Shown one piece after another: positions 9,425-19,677 of a DNA stretch of 64,000 nt. The notes below the pieces were generated by a model. It did no database searches. It had not been told where the DNA came from and saw only the letters and a list, made by a program, of their open reading frames with translations. Both the position numbers and the translations under genes were made by a program. The stretch lies in assembly GCA_913058385.1 (NCBI GenBank), contig CAJXQS010000008.1, forward strand, positions 22,202 through 86,201, read 5' to 3'. The DNA is from an uncultured Flavobacteriaceae bacterium. GTDB lineage: Bacteria; Bacteroidota; Bacteroidia; Flavobacteriales; Flavobacteriaceae. Each line of letters begins with the position of its first letter. Position 1 is the stretch's first letter.

Positions 9425-10473
9425 AAACAATAAAAGGACCAGCGGTTTTTTTAGCACAGTTTGTCGATAAAGAAGCTCCTTTCAACACCCTTGATGGTAT
9501 GTGCAAATGGGCTGCCGATCTGGGATATAAAGGAATTCAAATTCCCACGTGGGAAAGCTTTCTGATTGACTTGGACAAGGCAGCTGAAAGTCAAACTTAT
9601 TGTGATGAACTCAAAGGTAAAGTCAATTCCTATGGACTTGAAATCACCGAACTCTCAACCCACCTGCAAGGTCAGTTGGTTGCCGTTCACCCAGCCTATG
9701 ATTTGATGTTTGACAATTTTGCGCCAGAGGCATATAAAAACAACCCAAAGGCCAGAACTGAGTGGGCCATTAAAACCTTAAAAAATGCAGCGATTGCTTC
9801 TCGCCGATTAGGTCTGAATGCGCATGCAACCTTTTCGGGGGCTCTACTTTGGCACACTTGGCATCCTTGGCCGCAAAGGCCTGAGGGCTTGGTTGAAATG
9901 GGCTTTAAAGAATTGGCAAAAAGATGGCTGCCCATACTAAATACTTTTGATGAAAACGGAGTAGATGTTTGTTATGAAATCCACCCAGGAGAAGACCTTC
10001 ATGATGGAGTGACTTTTGAACGCTTTTTAAAAGAAACTGGAAATCACAAACGTGTAAACATCCTTTATGACCCCAGTCATTTTGTATTACAACAATTAGA
10101 TTATCTAGAATATATCGATCATTATCACTCTTTTATAAAATCCTTTCACGTAAAAGATTCGGAGTTCCGACCCAATGGAAAGAAAGGAGCTTTTGGAGGT
10201 TATGGAGATTGGATTGATCGCGCTGGAAGATATCGATCACTGGGCGATGGTCAAATTGACTTTAAAAGTATTTTTACGAAACTCACAGAATATGGATGTG
10301 ATGTTTGGGCAGTGATGGAATGGGAGTGCTGTATAAAAAGTCCCGAACAAGGTGCCCGCGAAGGAGCGCCTTTCATTCAGTCCCATATTATTGAAGCTAC
10401 TCAAAAAACTTTCGATGATTTTGCAGGTTCTGAAATTGATGAAAAACACCTTAAAAAAATATTAAACCTTTAA
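9421..10473 (+). CDS. Xylose-isomerase-like TIM-barrel protein (sugar phosphate isomerase/epimerase family), cytoplasmic
   Basis: About 350 aa. Start taken at ATG 9421 (MKTIKGPAV), giving an ATGA overlap with the upstream stop. Barrel motifs YEIHPGED and DPSH. No signal peptide. Confidence 0.8.
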   Translation: MKTIKGPAVFLAQFVDKEAPFNTLDGMCKWAADLGYKGIQIPTWESFLIDLDKAAESQTYCDELKGKVNSYGLEITELSTHLQGQLVAVHPAYDLMFDNFAPEAYKNNPKARTEWAIKTLKNAAIASRRLGLNAHATFSGALLWHTWHPWPQRPEGLVEMGFKELAKRWLPILNTFDENGVDVCYEIHPGEDLHDGVTFERFLKETGNHKRVNILYDPSHFVLQQLDYLEYIDHYHSFIKSFHVKDSEFRPNGKKGAFGGYGDWIDRAGRYRSLGDGQIDFKSIFTKLTEYGCDVWAVMEWECCIKSPEQGAREGAPFIQSHIIEATQKTFDDFAGSEIDEKHLKKILNL

Positions 10474-10484
10474 ATATAAATTAA

Positions 10485-11225
10485 ATGAAAAAGTTATTAT
10501 TAGTCTGTACAGTTGCATTATTTTTCGCATGCAAGCAAGCCCCAAAGAAAAAATCAGTTGAAGTTGTCGAAGCTCCAATAGTGGAAGCGATACCAGAATG
10601 GACAAGCCTTTTTGATGGCAAATCTTTTGACGGATGGCACAAATACAATAGCACTGAGATGAGTGCTGCTTGGTCAATTGTCGATGGTGCAATGGTTTTC
10701 GATCCAGCGCTTAAATCAAGTAAAAAAGAGATTGATGATATCGTTACTGACAAGGAGTTTACAAATTTTGAGCTTTCCCTAGAGTGGAACATTTCAGAAG
10801 GAGGAAACAGTGGAATCTTTTGGGCGGTTAATGAAGGAGAAGCTTATGGAAAACCTTATTCAACTGGTCCAGAAATCCAGGTATTGGACAACGAACGTCA
10901 CCCTGATGCTTTGGCCAATCCAAAATTTCACCAAGCGGGCGCTTTATACGATATGGTACAACCGACTCAGGATGTTTGTAAAGTTGCCGGAGAATGGAAT
11001 CATGTTGTTTTGATGATCAATCACAAAACCAACCAAGGCAGTGTTACTCAAAACGGTGTTGAGATCGTTACCTTTCCTGTTTCTGGTGAGGGTTGGGACA
11101 GCTTAGTTGCCAATTCAAAATTTTCTGACTGGGAATACTTTGCTAAATTCAAAACTGGAAAAATTGGCCTTCAAGATCACGGAGATATGGTTTCTTACAG
11201 AAACATTAAAATTAGAGAACTTTAA
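10485..11225 (+). CDS. DUF1080 (3-keto-disaccharide hydrolase-like, concanavalin-like fold) lipoprotein
   Basis: 246 aa. Lipoprotein signal ALFFACKQ. Hallmarks: LFDGKSFDGW, NSGIFW, EIQVLDN, GALYD and a terminal GKIGLQDHG..VSYRNIKI. Confidence 0.85.
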   Translation: MKKLLLVCTVALFFACKQAPKKKSVEVVEAPIVEAIPEWTSLFDGKSFDGWHKYNSTEMSAAWSIVDGAMVFDPALKSSKKEIDDIVTDKEFTNFELSLEWNISEGGNSGIFWAVNEGEAYGKPYSTGPEIQVLDNERHPDALANPKFHQAGALYDMVQPTQDVCKVAGEWNHVVLMINHKTNQGSVTQNGVEIVTFPVSGEGWDSLVANSKFSDWEYFAKFKTGKIGLQDHGDMVSYRNIKIREL

Positions 11226-11231
11226 ACACAC

Positions 11232-12089
11232 ATGATTCAATCAATGACTGGCTACGGAAAAGCCGAAAAACAATTTGATAATAAAAATATTTCTGTAGAA
11301 TTAAGGTCTCTGAATAGTAAAAGTTTAGACCTTAATACAAGGCTTCCATATCATCTTAAAGAGATTGAAAATCAATTAAAAAAGACCATAGGAGAAGCCC
11401 TCGTAAGAGGCAAGGTGGACCTGTCATTACATATTGAAAATACAAACCTTTCCAATGCAAAAACGATTAACGTCAATACTGTTAATCAATACATTGACCA
11501 GCTCAGTCAAATACATGAGGGAGATCGGTTCGAACTCTTAAAAGTTGCCATGCGACTTCCAGATGTCTTAAGAACTGACCTTGAAGATCTGAATGATTTG
11601 GAGGTGGTTGCCATTAAAGATTTGTTGAATGTCGCTCTGGAGCATTTAGACTCTCACCGACTTGATGAAGGGAAAACTCTTGAAATTGAATTCCTTAAAC
11701 GATTAGAGGCACTGAGTAATTTATTAACTGAAGCCGAGAAGATTGACCCTGAAAGAACTCAAAAAGTGAGTGAAAAACTCAAGGATAATTTAAATGAATT
11801 GAAAGTAGAAATCGACCAAAATCGCTTTGAACAAGAGTTGATCTACTATCTTGAAAAGTATGACATTACGGAGGAAAAAGTTCGATTGAAAACACATATC
11901 GATTACTTTAAAGAAACGCTTGATGCTTCTGTTTCGAGTGGTAAGAAGTTAGGTTTTATCGCTCAGGAAATGGGTCGAGAAATCAACACCATTGGATCAA
12001 AAGCCAACCATGCTGCACTTCAAAAAGTTGTGGTGCAGATGAAAGATGAATTGGAAAAAATAAAAGAACAATTACTCAACGTTTTATAA
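11232..12089 (+). CDS. YicC-family stress-induced protein
   Basis: 285 aa. N-terminus MIQSMTGYG and C-terminal EINTIGSKAN motif. Confidence 0.9.
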   Translation: MIQSMTGYGKAEKQFDNKNISVELRSLNSKSLDLNTRLPYHLKEIENQLKKTIGEALVRGKVDLSLHIENTNLSNAKTINVNTVNQYIDQLSQIHEGDRFELLKVAMRLPDVLRTDLEDLNDLEVVAIKDLLNVALEHLDSHRLDEGKTLEIEFLKRLEALSNLLTEAEKIDPERTQKVSEKLKDNLNELKVEIDQNRFEQELIYYLEKYDITEEKVRLKTHIDYFKETLDASVSSGKKLGFIAQEMGREINTIGSKANHAALQKVVVQMKDELEKIKEQLLNVL

Positions 12090-12659
12090 TTGAAAAAAGG
12101 AAAACTGATTGTTTTTTCGGCCCCTTCTGGAAGTGGTAAAACAACACTTGTTAAGGCGCTTTTGCAAAAAAACCTACCCCTATCTTTTTCCATTTCTGCT
12201 ACTTCTAGAAAACCCAGAGCGGGTGAAATTGACGGAAAGGATTATTATTTCTTAAGCTCAGAAGACTTTAAAGATAAAATTGATCGGGAGGAGTTTGTCG
12301 AATTTGAAGAAGTCTATGCCGATCAATATTATGGCACCCTTAAATCTGAAATAAAAAGAAATTGGGAGGCAGGAAAGCATGTGATTTTTGACATCGACGT
12401 GGTGGGCGGATTGAACATCAAATCCCAATATCCGGAGGAAACTTTGGCTCTTTTTATTCAGCCACCCAATAAAGCAGTATTGGAAGAGCGATTGCGATCG
12501 AGAGGCACAGAGAGTGAAGCCGCAATGCAAGAGCGTATTGCAAAGGCTGAAAAAGAACTTGAAGCTGCTCCGAAATTTGACAGTATTGTCATTAACGATG
12601 ATTTGGATTTGGCAATCAAGGAGGTTTGTGAAAAAGCAGAGCACTTTTTAAAATCCTAA
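12090..12659 (+). CDS. gmk: Guanylate kinase
   Basis: 189 aa. P-loop SAPSGSGKTT. Apparent TTG start one nt after the yicC-like stop. Confidence 0.92.
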   Translation: MKKGKLIVFSAPSGSGKTTLVKALLQKNLPLSFSISATSRKPRAGEIDGKDYYFLSSEDFKDKIDREEFVEFEEVYADQYYGTLKSEIKRNWEAGKHVIFDIDVVGGLNIKSQYPEETLALFIQPPNKAVLEERLRSRGTESEAAMQERIAKAEKELEAAPKFDSIVINDDLDLAIKEVCEKAEHFLKS

Positions 12660-13240
12660 TGAAAAAAGTTGGACTTTATTTTGGTACATTCAACCCGATT
12701 CACAAGGGACATCTTTCGTTGGCAAATTTCTTTTTAAATGACACTGGTCTTGAGGAGATTTGGTTTGTCGTCAGTCCACAAAATCCTTTAAAAAAAGAAA
12801 GCGATTTTTTAAACAGCAAGCAACGTTTAGAATTGGTGAATTTGGTTCTAGAGGATCATCCAAAATTAAAAAGCTGTGAACTGGAATTTGACTTACCAAC
12901 GCCAAGTTATACGAGTACAACCCTCGGGAAGCTAAAGGAGATTCATCCTCAATTAACATTTGTTTTATTGATGGGTCAAGACAATATTGCTGATTTTGAA
13001 AAATGGCGGGATTTTGAAGAAATATTAAGCGAAAATGAAATCTATGTTTATCCCAGGAAAGATTCAAACCCTGTTCCAGAAAGGTTTAATTCGCATCCCA
13101 ATATTCAGTTCTTTAATGCTCCCCTTATGGAAATTTCATCCTCTGAAATCCGAGAACTGGTCCATGTAAGAAAAAACGTTCAAATGCTTTTACCAACAAA
13201 AGCCTTCTCATTCCTAGAAAAATTCGTTTTTAATATTTAA
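12659..13240 (+). CDS. nadD: Nicotinate-nucleotide adenylyltransferase
   Basis: 193 aa. GTFNPIHKGH (HxGH nucleotidyltransferase motif) and ISSSEIR. Confidence 0.92.
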   Translation: MKKVGLYFGTFNPIHKGHLSLANFFLNDTGLEEIWFVVSPQNPLKKESDFLNSKQRLELVNLVLEDHPKLKSCELEFDLPTPSYTSTTLGKLKEIHPQLTFVLLMGQDNIADFEKWRDFEEILSENEIYVYPRKDSNPVPERFNSHPNIQFFNAPLMEISSSEIRELVHVRKNVQMLLPTKAFSFLEKFVFNI

Positions 13241-13328
13241 GTCTTTATTTTTTTATAAACTTATTTGAACAGCTTAGTTCTAATATTCTGAGCTGATGTT
13301 TTTTTATTATAAATCAAACTGATTTAAA

Positions 13329-13727
13329 ATGATTATTAGGTTTACGAGAAAAAGAACAGTGTCCTTTTTAATCCTAGGATTGTTGTGGTTAGCAATTGGC
13401 ATGGGGTCGTTTTTAGCTTTCCATTTTAAAGAAGTAGAGCAAGATTTCCATGTTTTTTTCGTTGTATTCGCTTTTTTAAACACACTGTTCTACCTGACCC
13501 AATACTTCAATCAATATTTGACTCTTAAAAACAATTTTATTAAAGAGAATTTTCCTTTTGGGAAGAAAATAAATCTCTCTGAAATAAAAGAGATTAAAAG
13601 GTTTGCAGGAGATTACCAGTTAAAAACAGACCAGACAACCTTGACCATTAACACCACAATTATAGCTGAGGATTCCCTAAAAAAATTGACCGTAGCATTA
13701 GAAGAATTAAACTTAGTTTGGACATAA
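13329..13727 (+). CDS. Hypothetical membrane protein (2 TM segments plus a small soluble C-terminal domain)
   Basis: 132 aa. Two hydrophobic helices. No recognisable catalytic motif. Confidence 0.5.
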   Translation: MIIRFTRKRTVSFLILGLLWLAIGMGSFLAFHFKEVEQDFHVFFVVFAFLNTLFYLTQYFNQYLTLKNNFIKENFPFGKKINLSEIKEIKRFAGDYQLKTDQTTLTINTTIIAEDSLKKLTVALEELNLVWT

Positions 13728-13767
13728 ATCATAATTATGAATCCTAAACTAGGTTCCCCAATAGAAG

Positions 13768-15048
13768 CTATCCATTGAATACTTCCTGAACCAGTTTACG
13801 GGTCAAGCCTTCTCGGCTCCAACGCTCTAACTGAGGAAAATCATTTTGCAGACTTTCTTTTTGTTTAGCTATTTGTTCTATAAATACATAAATTCCTTTT
13901 ACATCTTTGGCGTCCAGCATTTTAGCGGCTGTTCCTTGCTCAATAAACTTTCCTGCCTCTGAGTTTGGATCACCAATAGACAATATAGGAACATGAGTCG
14001 CCATATATTCTAATAATTTTCCAGAAATCATTTGAGTTTGTGCCCCCGTAAAAATAAAGTTTAACAAAAGATGCGCGCTTTTCATCAAACCAATGGCTTC
14101 TTTATGGGGCAAATAACCTTGATAAACCACCTCAACTTTCGGAAGGGCAGCTTGAATGTATGAAATAATCTCTGGAGCAATATTTCCGGCTAATGAAAAT
14201 CGGATGGGTTGTTTATTGGATAAATTATTTAAAGCGTGGAGTACCGAATCATAGGTTTGATTTTGTGTTAGCAAACCCGTGTAAACGACATGGAATACTT
14301 CCGTGGGTTTTGTTGCTTGAACTTCCTTCATCAATTGGGCGTCATAGCCGTTGGGTATGGAAACAAAGTTTTGATTCGGAACTTTGACACTAAGTTGATT
14401 GTGAAGTGCGCCGCCCACAGTGGTCAATACACCATCTGCAGTTTGGAGTACTTTATTTTCCAAAAACGCATCTTTTTGAATTGCTTTTTGAGAACGATAT
14501 AAATCCTTGTTATAAAAAACTGCTGTCCAAGGATCTCGAAAATCAACCCACCAGTTTAAATCAAATTGAGCTTTCAGTTGAAGTCCCACCAAGTGAGTGG
14601 AATGTGGAGGCCCCGTTGTAATTAAATGAGAAATGAATTCTTCTTTTAAGAGTTTTTGAGCTGCTTTTACGGCAAAAGGCACCCAGCCTTTTCGAGCATC
14701 GGGGATAAAATAATTCCCTCGAATATAGGCGGCTAGTTTTCTAAATATACCACTTCGTTTGACTTCTCCTTGGGGCATTCCTTTTTGGATATTTCCTGAA
14801 GTAAGCAGAGAGTACCATCGCAAGGGCTCGTGAGTAGCCGTTTTGATTACCCTAATATCTGTAACTTCGTCTAACAGGCTATCGTCACAAACAGGATAGG
14901 ACGCTTGCTGTTCATCAACGGTTATGACAACGGGTTCCCAGCCTAGTTTTTTTAAATATTTGGCAAAATACATCCAGCGTTGCACTCCTGATCCTCCGGA
15001 GGGAGGCCAGTAATATGTGAAAATTAAAACTTTATTATTGGGTTTCAA
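13768..15048 (-). CDS. Glycosyltransferase (GT4-like, GT-B fold)
   Basis: 426 aa. N-terminus VLIFTYYWPPSGGSGVQR is typical of the GT4-like N-terminal domain. Confidence 0.7.
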   Translation of the reverse strand: MKPNNKVLIFTYYWPPSGGSGVQRWMYFAKYLKKLGWEPVVITVDEQQASYPVCDDSLLDEVTDIRVIKTATHEPLRWYSLLTSGNIQKGMPQGEVKRSGIFRKLAAYIRGNYFIPDARKGWVPFAVKAAQKLLKEEFISHLITTGPPHSTHLVGLQLKAQFDLNWWVDFRDPWTAVFYNKDLYRSQKAIQKDAFLENKVLQTADGVLTTVGGALHNQLSVKVPNQNFVSIPNGYDAQLMKEVQATKPTEVFHVVYTGLLTQNQTYDSVLHALNNLSNKQPIRFSLAGNIAPEIISYIQAALPKVEVVYQGYLPHKEAIGLMKSAHLLLNFIFTGAQTQMISGKLLEYMATHVPILSIGDPNSEAGKFIEQGTAAKMLDAKDVKGIYVFIEQIAKQKESLQNDFPQLERWSREGLTRKLVQEVFNG

Positions 15049-15096
15049 TGGTTAAAATTATTCTCTAAAATAATCCTTTTGAAATTAACGATTAGA

Positions 15097-15603
15097 TTAC
15101 TTTTTTTTCCAAAGCGGAACCGAAGAACAGGCTTCCCCATAGAAAATACTTTTAGCGACCCCTTGCAGCTTTGCTAACAACTGAATGTAAGCGTTTTGGG
15201 GAATTTGTTTTTCACTACATCCTTTAACAATGATGGGCTTGCCTTCAAAAGCAGAAATGTCTATGTCTTCAATCACTTTAAGGAAAATATGATTTTCTAA
15301 ATCAGATTGATCTCCTAAAAAAATATCTTTTACGATGGGATTAAGGTGAGTCGCGATTAATAACGGTGCCCATGCAGGAAGGATTGCGTCAGTAGTACAT
15401 CCAATGGCAACATAACTGTCCTGATACTGTTTCCAGTTGTGATTTTTGGCTTGCTGTCTAAAATCTTTTTCTCTAAGAATAATCCCCTGATCTAACCACT
15501 GGCTTATGTCAAAAAAATGTCGTTGCCCATGGGGATAAAAATCTTCAAGATCAATTGTTATTAATTTGCTTTCAGCAACTCTATTGACAATATCCTCAGC
15601 CAT
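15097..15603 (-). CDS. DUF2480-family protein
   Basis: Start placed at the internal ATG at 15603 (MAEDIVNRVAESKLITIDLEDF), 1 nt after the upstream stop. This family usually follows suf genes in Flavobacteriia. Confidence 0.7.
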   Translation of the reverse strand: MAEDIVNRVAESKLITIDLEDFYPHGQRHFFDISQWLDQGIILREKDFRQQAKNHNWKQYQDSYVAIGCTTDAILPAWAPLLIATHLNPIVKDIFLGDQSDLENHIFLKVIEDIDISAFEGKPIIVKGCSEKQIPQNAYIQLLAKLQGVAKSIFYGEACSSVPLWKKK

Positions 15604-15604
15604 T

Positions 15605-15931
15605 TTATAAAAATCCGAGTTCAAGTTTTGCCTCTTCACTCATCAATTCTCTCGTCCAAGGGGGATCGAAAGTGATCTCAACCTCAGCGTCTTTGACTTC
15701 ATTGAGTGATTTTACCTTTTCCTCTACTTCTCGGGGTAAGGTTTCGGCCACAGGACAATTGGGCGTTGTCAAAGTCATTAATATTTTAACGTCAAAGTCT
15801 TCGTTAACAAAAACGTCATAGATTAATCCTAACTCGTATATATCTACTGGAATTTCTGGGTCATAAATAGTTTTAAGTACTAACAAAATTTTATCCCCTA
15901 ATTCAGTCGTACTGATTGTTTCTTCTGACAT
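15605..15931 (-). CDS. DUF59 / SufT-like Fe-S assembly protein
   Basis: 108 aa. Conserved TTPNCPVAE cysteine motif. Confidence 0.85.
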   Translation of the reverse strand: MSEETISTTELGDKILLVLKTIYDPEIPVDIYELGLIYDVFVNEDFDVKILMTLTTPNCPVAETLPREVEEKVKSLNEVKDAEVEITFDPPWTRELMSEEAKLELGFL

Positions 15932-15941
15932 AATTTTAATA

Positions 15942-16373
15942 TTAGTTTAGTTGTGTTTTGAATGCCAAGGCATACATTTTCATTTGTTTTATCATCGAAA
16001 CCAAACCATTCGCTCTTGTGGGGGAAAGGTGTTCCTTTAAACCAATTTTATCAATGAAATCAGTATTTGCATTTAAAATCTCATCTGGATGTTGGTTAGA
16101 ATATGCACGAATTAAAATTGCAATAATTCCTTTGGTTATGATGGCATCACTGTCAGCCGTAAATATCAATTTTGTTCCCTGAAGATCAGCATGCACCCAC
16201 ACCTTACTTTGACATCCTTTAATGATGTAATCGTCGCTCTTAAATTCGGGAGCGATCAGGGGTAAGGATTTTCCCAATTCGATCATGTATTCATACCGCT
16301 GCATCCAATCATCGAACATTGAAAACTCTTCTATAATCTCTTTTTGAACCGCTTCTATCGTCTCCATAGTCAA
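15942..16373 (-). CDS. sufE: SufE-family sulfur acceptor
   Basis: 143 aa. Active-site region IKGCQSKVW. Confidence 0.88.
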   Translation of the reverse strand: MTMETIEAVQKEIIEEFSMFDDWMQRYEYMIELGKSLPLIAPEFKSDDYIIKGCQSKVWVHADLQGTKLIFTADSDAIITKGIIAILIRAYSNQHPDEILNANTDFIDKIGLKEHLSPTRANGLVSMIKQMKMYALAFKTQLN

Positions 16374-16383
16374 AATTAATGAT

Positions 16384-17598
16384 TTATTGTAACATGGTAA
16401 TCGCCCTTTTTAAGGCAACAACCATCAAGTCAATTTCTTCGAAAGTATTGTAAAAAGAAAAGGAAGCTCGAACTGTTCCAGGGATTTTATAAAAATCCAT
16501 TATTGGTTGAGCGCAGTGATGTCCTGTTCTGACAGCGATCCCCATTTTGTCTAAAATACTTCCAATGTCATAGGGGTGAATCGCTCCAACATTAAAAGAG
16601 ATTACTGCGGTTTTATGGGCAGCCTCTCCGTATATTTTTAAACCCGGGATTTTCATAAGTTCTTTGGTTCCATGAACCAATAACTCTTCTTCATAGGCGG
16701 CTATATTTTCCATCCCAATACTGTTCATATAGTCTAAGGCAGCTCCAAAAGCAATTCCACCAGAAATGTTTGGCGTTCCTGCTTCAAATTTGTGAGGTAA
16801 ACCGGCATAGGTGGTCTTTTCAAAAGTAACCTCAGCGATCATCTCTCCCCCTCCTTGATAGGGTGGGAGTTTCTCCAATGCTGCTTTTTTTCCGTAGAGC
16901 ATGCCGACTCCAGTAGGGCCACAGAGTTTATGAGCAGAAGTAACATAATAATCGACGTTTAAGGACTGAACATCCGCCTGAATGTGTGGAGATGCTTGCG
17001 CACCATCAACTAAAACCTCAGCACCTACTGCATGCGTTTTTTCAATGATTTCAGCAATGGGATTGACCGTTCCCAACGCATTGGAAACATGATTTACAAA
17101 AACCAGTTTGGTTTTATCAGAAAGTAATTTATCTAGTTCATCAAGGATTAAAACGCCTTGCTCGTCCATGGGAATCACTTTCAGAATTGCACCTGTTCGC
17201 TCGCAAAGCATTTGCCAAGGAACAATATTTGAGTGGTGTTCTAAAGCAGAAACAAGAAGTTCGTCTCCTGCTTTTAATAGCTCGGAATAGCCACTGGCAA
17301 TAATATTGATGCTGTGGGTTGTACCTGAGGTGAAAATAATCTCATAAGGGTGAGCGGCATTGAAATGAGACTGGATTTTTTGTCTGGCAGCTTCATATGC
17401 ATCCGTTGCTTCTTGACTAAGGCTGTGCACCCCGCGGTGGATATTTGCGTTATAGTTTTTATAATAGTCAACAATGGTGTCGATTACTTGAATTGGGGTT
17501 TGAGACGTAGCCGCATTATCAAAATAAACCAAAGGATAGCCATTTACTTGTCGCTCAAGAATGGGGAAGTCTTTTCTTATTTTTTTTACATCTATCAT
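16384..17598 (-). CDS. sufS: Cysteine desulfurase, SufS subfamily
   Basis: 404 aa. PLP motif SAHKLCGPTG and catalytic RTGHHCAQP. Confidence 0.95.
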   Translation of the reverse strand: MIDVKKIRKDFPILERQVNGYPLVYFDNAATSQTPIQVIDTIVDYYKNYNANIHRGVHSLSQEATDAYEAARQKIQSHFNAAHPYEIIFTSGTTHSINIIASGYSELLKAGDELLVSALEHHSNIVPWQMLCERTGAILKVIPMDEQGVLILDELDKLLSDKTKLVFVNHVSNALGTVNPIAEIIEKTHAVGAEVLVDGAQASPHIQADVQSLNVDYYVTSAHKLCGPTGVGMLYGKKAALEKLPPYQGGGEMIAEVTFEKTTYAGLPHKFEAGTPNISGGIAFGAALDYMNSIGMENIAAYEEELLVHGTKELMKIPGLKIYGEAAHKTAVISFNVGAIHPYDIGSILDKMGIAVRTGHHCAQPIMDFYKIPGTVRASFSFYNTFEEIDLMVVALKRAITMLQ

Positions 17599-18915
17599 TT
17601 ATAAACCTAATCCTAGATTAACTCCTAATTTTTTAGCAATCAAAAGGTTAATCCTTTTTTTAAGAATTGGGATTTCTACACTCTCCAATACATTATTTGC
17701 AAAAGCATAAGTCATCAAAGCTTTGGCTTCTTTCTCAGGAATCCCTCGAGAACGTAAATAGAATAAAGCATCATTGTCTAATTGTCCCACAGTACATCCA
17801 TGAGAACATTTGACATCGTCAGCGAATATTTCGAGCTGAGGTTTAGTGTTTACTGTAGCTTTATCATCCAAAAGAATGTTGTTATTCTGCTGGAAAGCAT
17901 TGGTTTTTTGTGCCAATCTATCCACAAATATTTTTCCGTTAAAAATACCTTTAGATTCTCCTGCAAAAACGCCTTTGTAATCTTGGTGACTTTCACAATT
18001 GGGCTGAGAATGGTCTACTAAAGTAAAGTGATCGACATGTTGTTTGTCTTCAAGAATGGTAATCCCTTTTAACGTCGAGTCGCAATGCTCTCCTTTGTGG
18101 TGGAAATTGAGATTGTTACGAATCAATTTTCCGCCTAATGAAAAGGTATGTACTTTAACATTACTGTTTCTATCTTGAGAAATATAAGTATTATCAATCA
18201 AAGCGGCAGAAGTTAAATCATTCTGAATTTTGTAATAATCAAGAAGGGTATCCTGATGCGCATATATTTCAGTAACCGAGTTGGTAACAACATCGTGTTC
18301 CTTAAGGCTCTGATGGCGCTCTATAATTTGAACCTGAGCATTTTGATCGACAACAATCAAATTCCTAGGTTGCAACCAAAGTGATTTTTCTTCTCCTGTA
18401 GAAAAATGTATGATTTCAATTGGCTTTTCAGCTACCGTCCCTTTGGGTATGTAAACATAAGCTCCTTCTCGTGTATAGGAAGTGTTTAAGGAAGTGAGAC
18501 TGTCCTCTTGGTTGGCAATTTTATTAAAATAGGTGTTAATTAAATCTCTGTACTTTGCCTTTGTAAGCGCCGCTGACATTAAGCATACATCCAATCCATC
18601 ATGAGTTGTATTTGAAAGAAATGGGCTGTACACACCATCAATAAAAACCACCTTGTAGGTGTCGATCTCATAAAGAAAATATTTCTTGATCTTTTGTAAA
18701 TCTATGCTTGTTTCCGCTTTTGGAAACAACTCATAATCCTTTCGAATTAAAGTATTGAGAGAAGTATATTTCCAAGCTTCATCTTTACGAGTTGGAAACC
18801 CCTTGACCTCAAAGGTCTTTAAGGAATCGATTCGCAGTTGATGAATGGGATCAGTAAGATCAATTTCTTCTTCAAACGCAATGTGTGATGCTAATAGTTT
18901 TTCTTGAAAATCCAT
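17599..18915 (-). CDS. sufD: Fe-S cluster assembly protein SufD
   Basis: Start placed at ATG 18915 (MDFQEKLL), 5 nt after the sufC stop. The track start at 18942 would overlap sufC by 22 nt. Motifs EAWKYTSL and C-terminal SHGCTVGQLD. Confidence 0.9.
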   Translation of the reverse strand: MDFQEKLLASHIAFEEEIDLTDPIHQLRIDSLKTFEVKGFPTRKDEAWKYTSLNTLIRKDYELFPKAETSIDLQKIKKYFLYEIDTYKVVFIDGVYSPFLSNTTHDGLDVCLMSAALTKAKYRDLINTYFNKIANQEDSLTSLNTSYTREGAYVYIPKGTVAEKPIEIIHFSTGEEKSLWLQPRNLIVVDQNAQVQIIERHQSLKEHDVVTNSVTEIYAHQDTLLDYYKIQNDLTSAALIDNTYISQDRNSNVKVHTFSLGGKLIRNNLNFHHKGEHCDSTLKGITILEDKQHVDHFTLVDHSQPNCESHQDYKGVFAGESKGIFNGKIFVDRLAQKTNAFQQNNNILLDDKATVNTKPQLEIFADDVKCSHGCTVGQLDNDALFYLRSRGIPEKEAKALMTYAFANNVLESVEIPILKKRINLLIAKKLGVNLGLGL

Positions 18916-18920
18916 AGAGA

Positions 18921-19667
18921 TTATGCCAATTCTTTTATCCAATCATATCCTTTGGCTTCTAATTCTAGTGCCAAATCTTTAGTTCCCGATTTCACGATTT
19001 TACCGTCAAAAAGAACGTGTACAAAATCAGGAACGATATATTCTAATAGTCTTTGATAGTGAGTGATTACAACAATTGCATTGTCCTTACTCCTTAATTT
19101 ATTGACGCCATTGGCGACAATTTTTAAGGCATCAATGTCTAATCCAGAGTCCGTTTCATCAAGTATTGAGAGCTTTGGCTCTAGCATTGCCATCTGAAAA
19201 ATTTCATTTCGCTTTTTCTCTCCTCCTGAAAAACCTTCATTTAAAGAACGTGAAAGAAAACGAGAATCAATTTCAAGTAATGCTGATTTTTCTCTAATTT
19301 TTTTAAGCATTTCATTCGCCGGCATGTTTTCTAATCCATGCGCTTTACGATTTGCATTGATGGCTGTTTTGATAAAGTTGGTAACACTTACGCCAGGAAT
19401 TTCCACTGGATATTGAAAGGAAAGAAAAATTCCTTTGTGAGCGCGCTCTTCTGCACTCATCTCGGAGAGGTCTTCACCTTCTAACAGCATCGTTCCTTCT
19501 GTTACTTCATAGTCATGGTGACCTGCAATTACTGAAGAAAGTGTGCTTTTCCCAGAACCATTTGGCCCCATGATTGCATGAACCTCTCCTGGCTTTACAT
19601 CAAGATCAATTCCATTTAATATTTTTTTGCCTTCTACTTGAGCATGAAGGTTTTCAATTGTGATCAT
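18921..19667 (-). CDS. sufC: Fe-S cluster assembly ATPase SufC
   Basis: 248 aa. Walker [13 protein letters not shown] signature FSGGEKKR, Walker [13 protein letters not shown]. Confidence 0.96.
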   Translation of the reverse strand: MITIENLHAQVEGKKILNGIDLDVKPGEVHAIMGPNGSGKSTLSSVIAGHHDYEVTEGTMLLEGEDLSEMSAEERAHKGIFLSFQYPVEIPGVSVTNFIKTAINANRKAHGLENMPANEMLKKIREKSALLEIDSRFLSRSLNEGFSGGEKKRNEIFQMAMLEPKLSILDETDSGLDIDALKIVANGVNKLRSKDNAIVVITHYQRLLEYIVPDFVHVLFDGKIVKSGTKDLALELEAKGYDWIKELA

Positions 19668-19677
19668 ACTTTTTGAT

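Noticed and set aside
10462-10792. Two overlapping minus-strand ORFs (76 and 103 aa) at the start of the DUF1080 gene.
   Set aside because: They are antisense to a CDS with clear family hallmarks and have no independent signals.
12258-12644. 128-aa minus-strand ORF inside gmk.
   Set aside because: It is antisense to a strongly conserved housekeeping gene. It has no recognisable domain and is typical of spurious long ORFs in AT-rich DNA.
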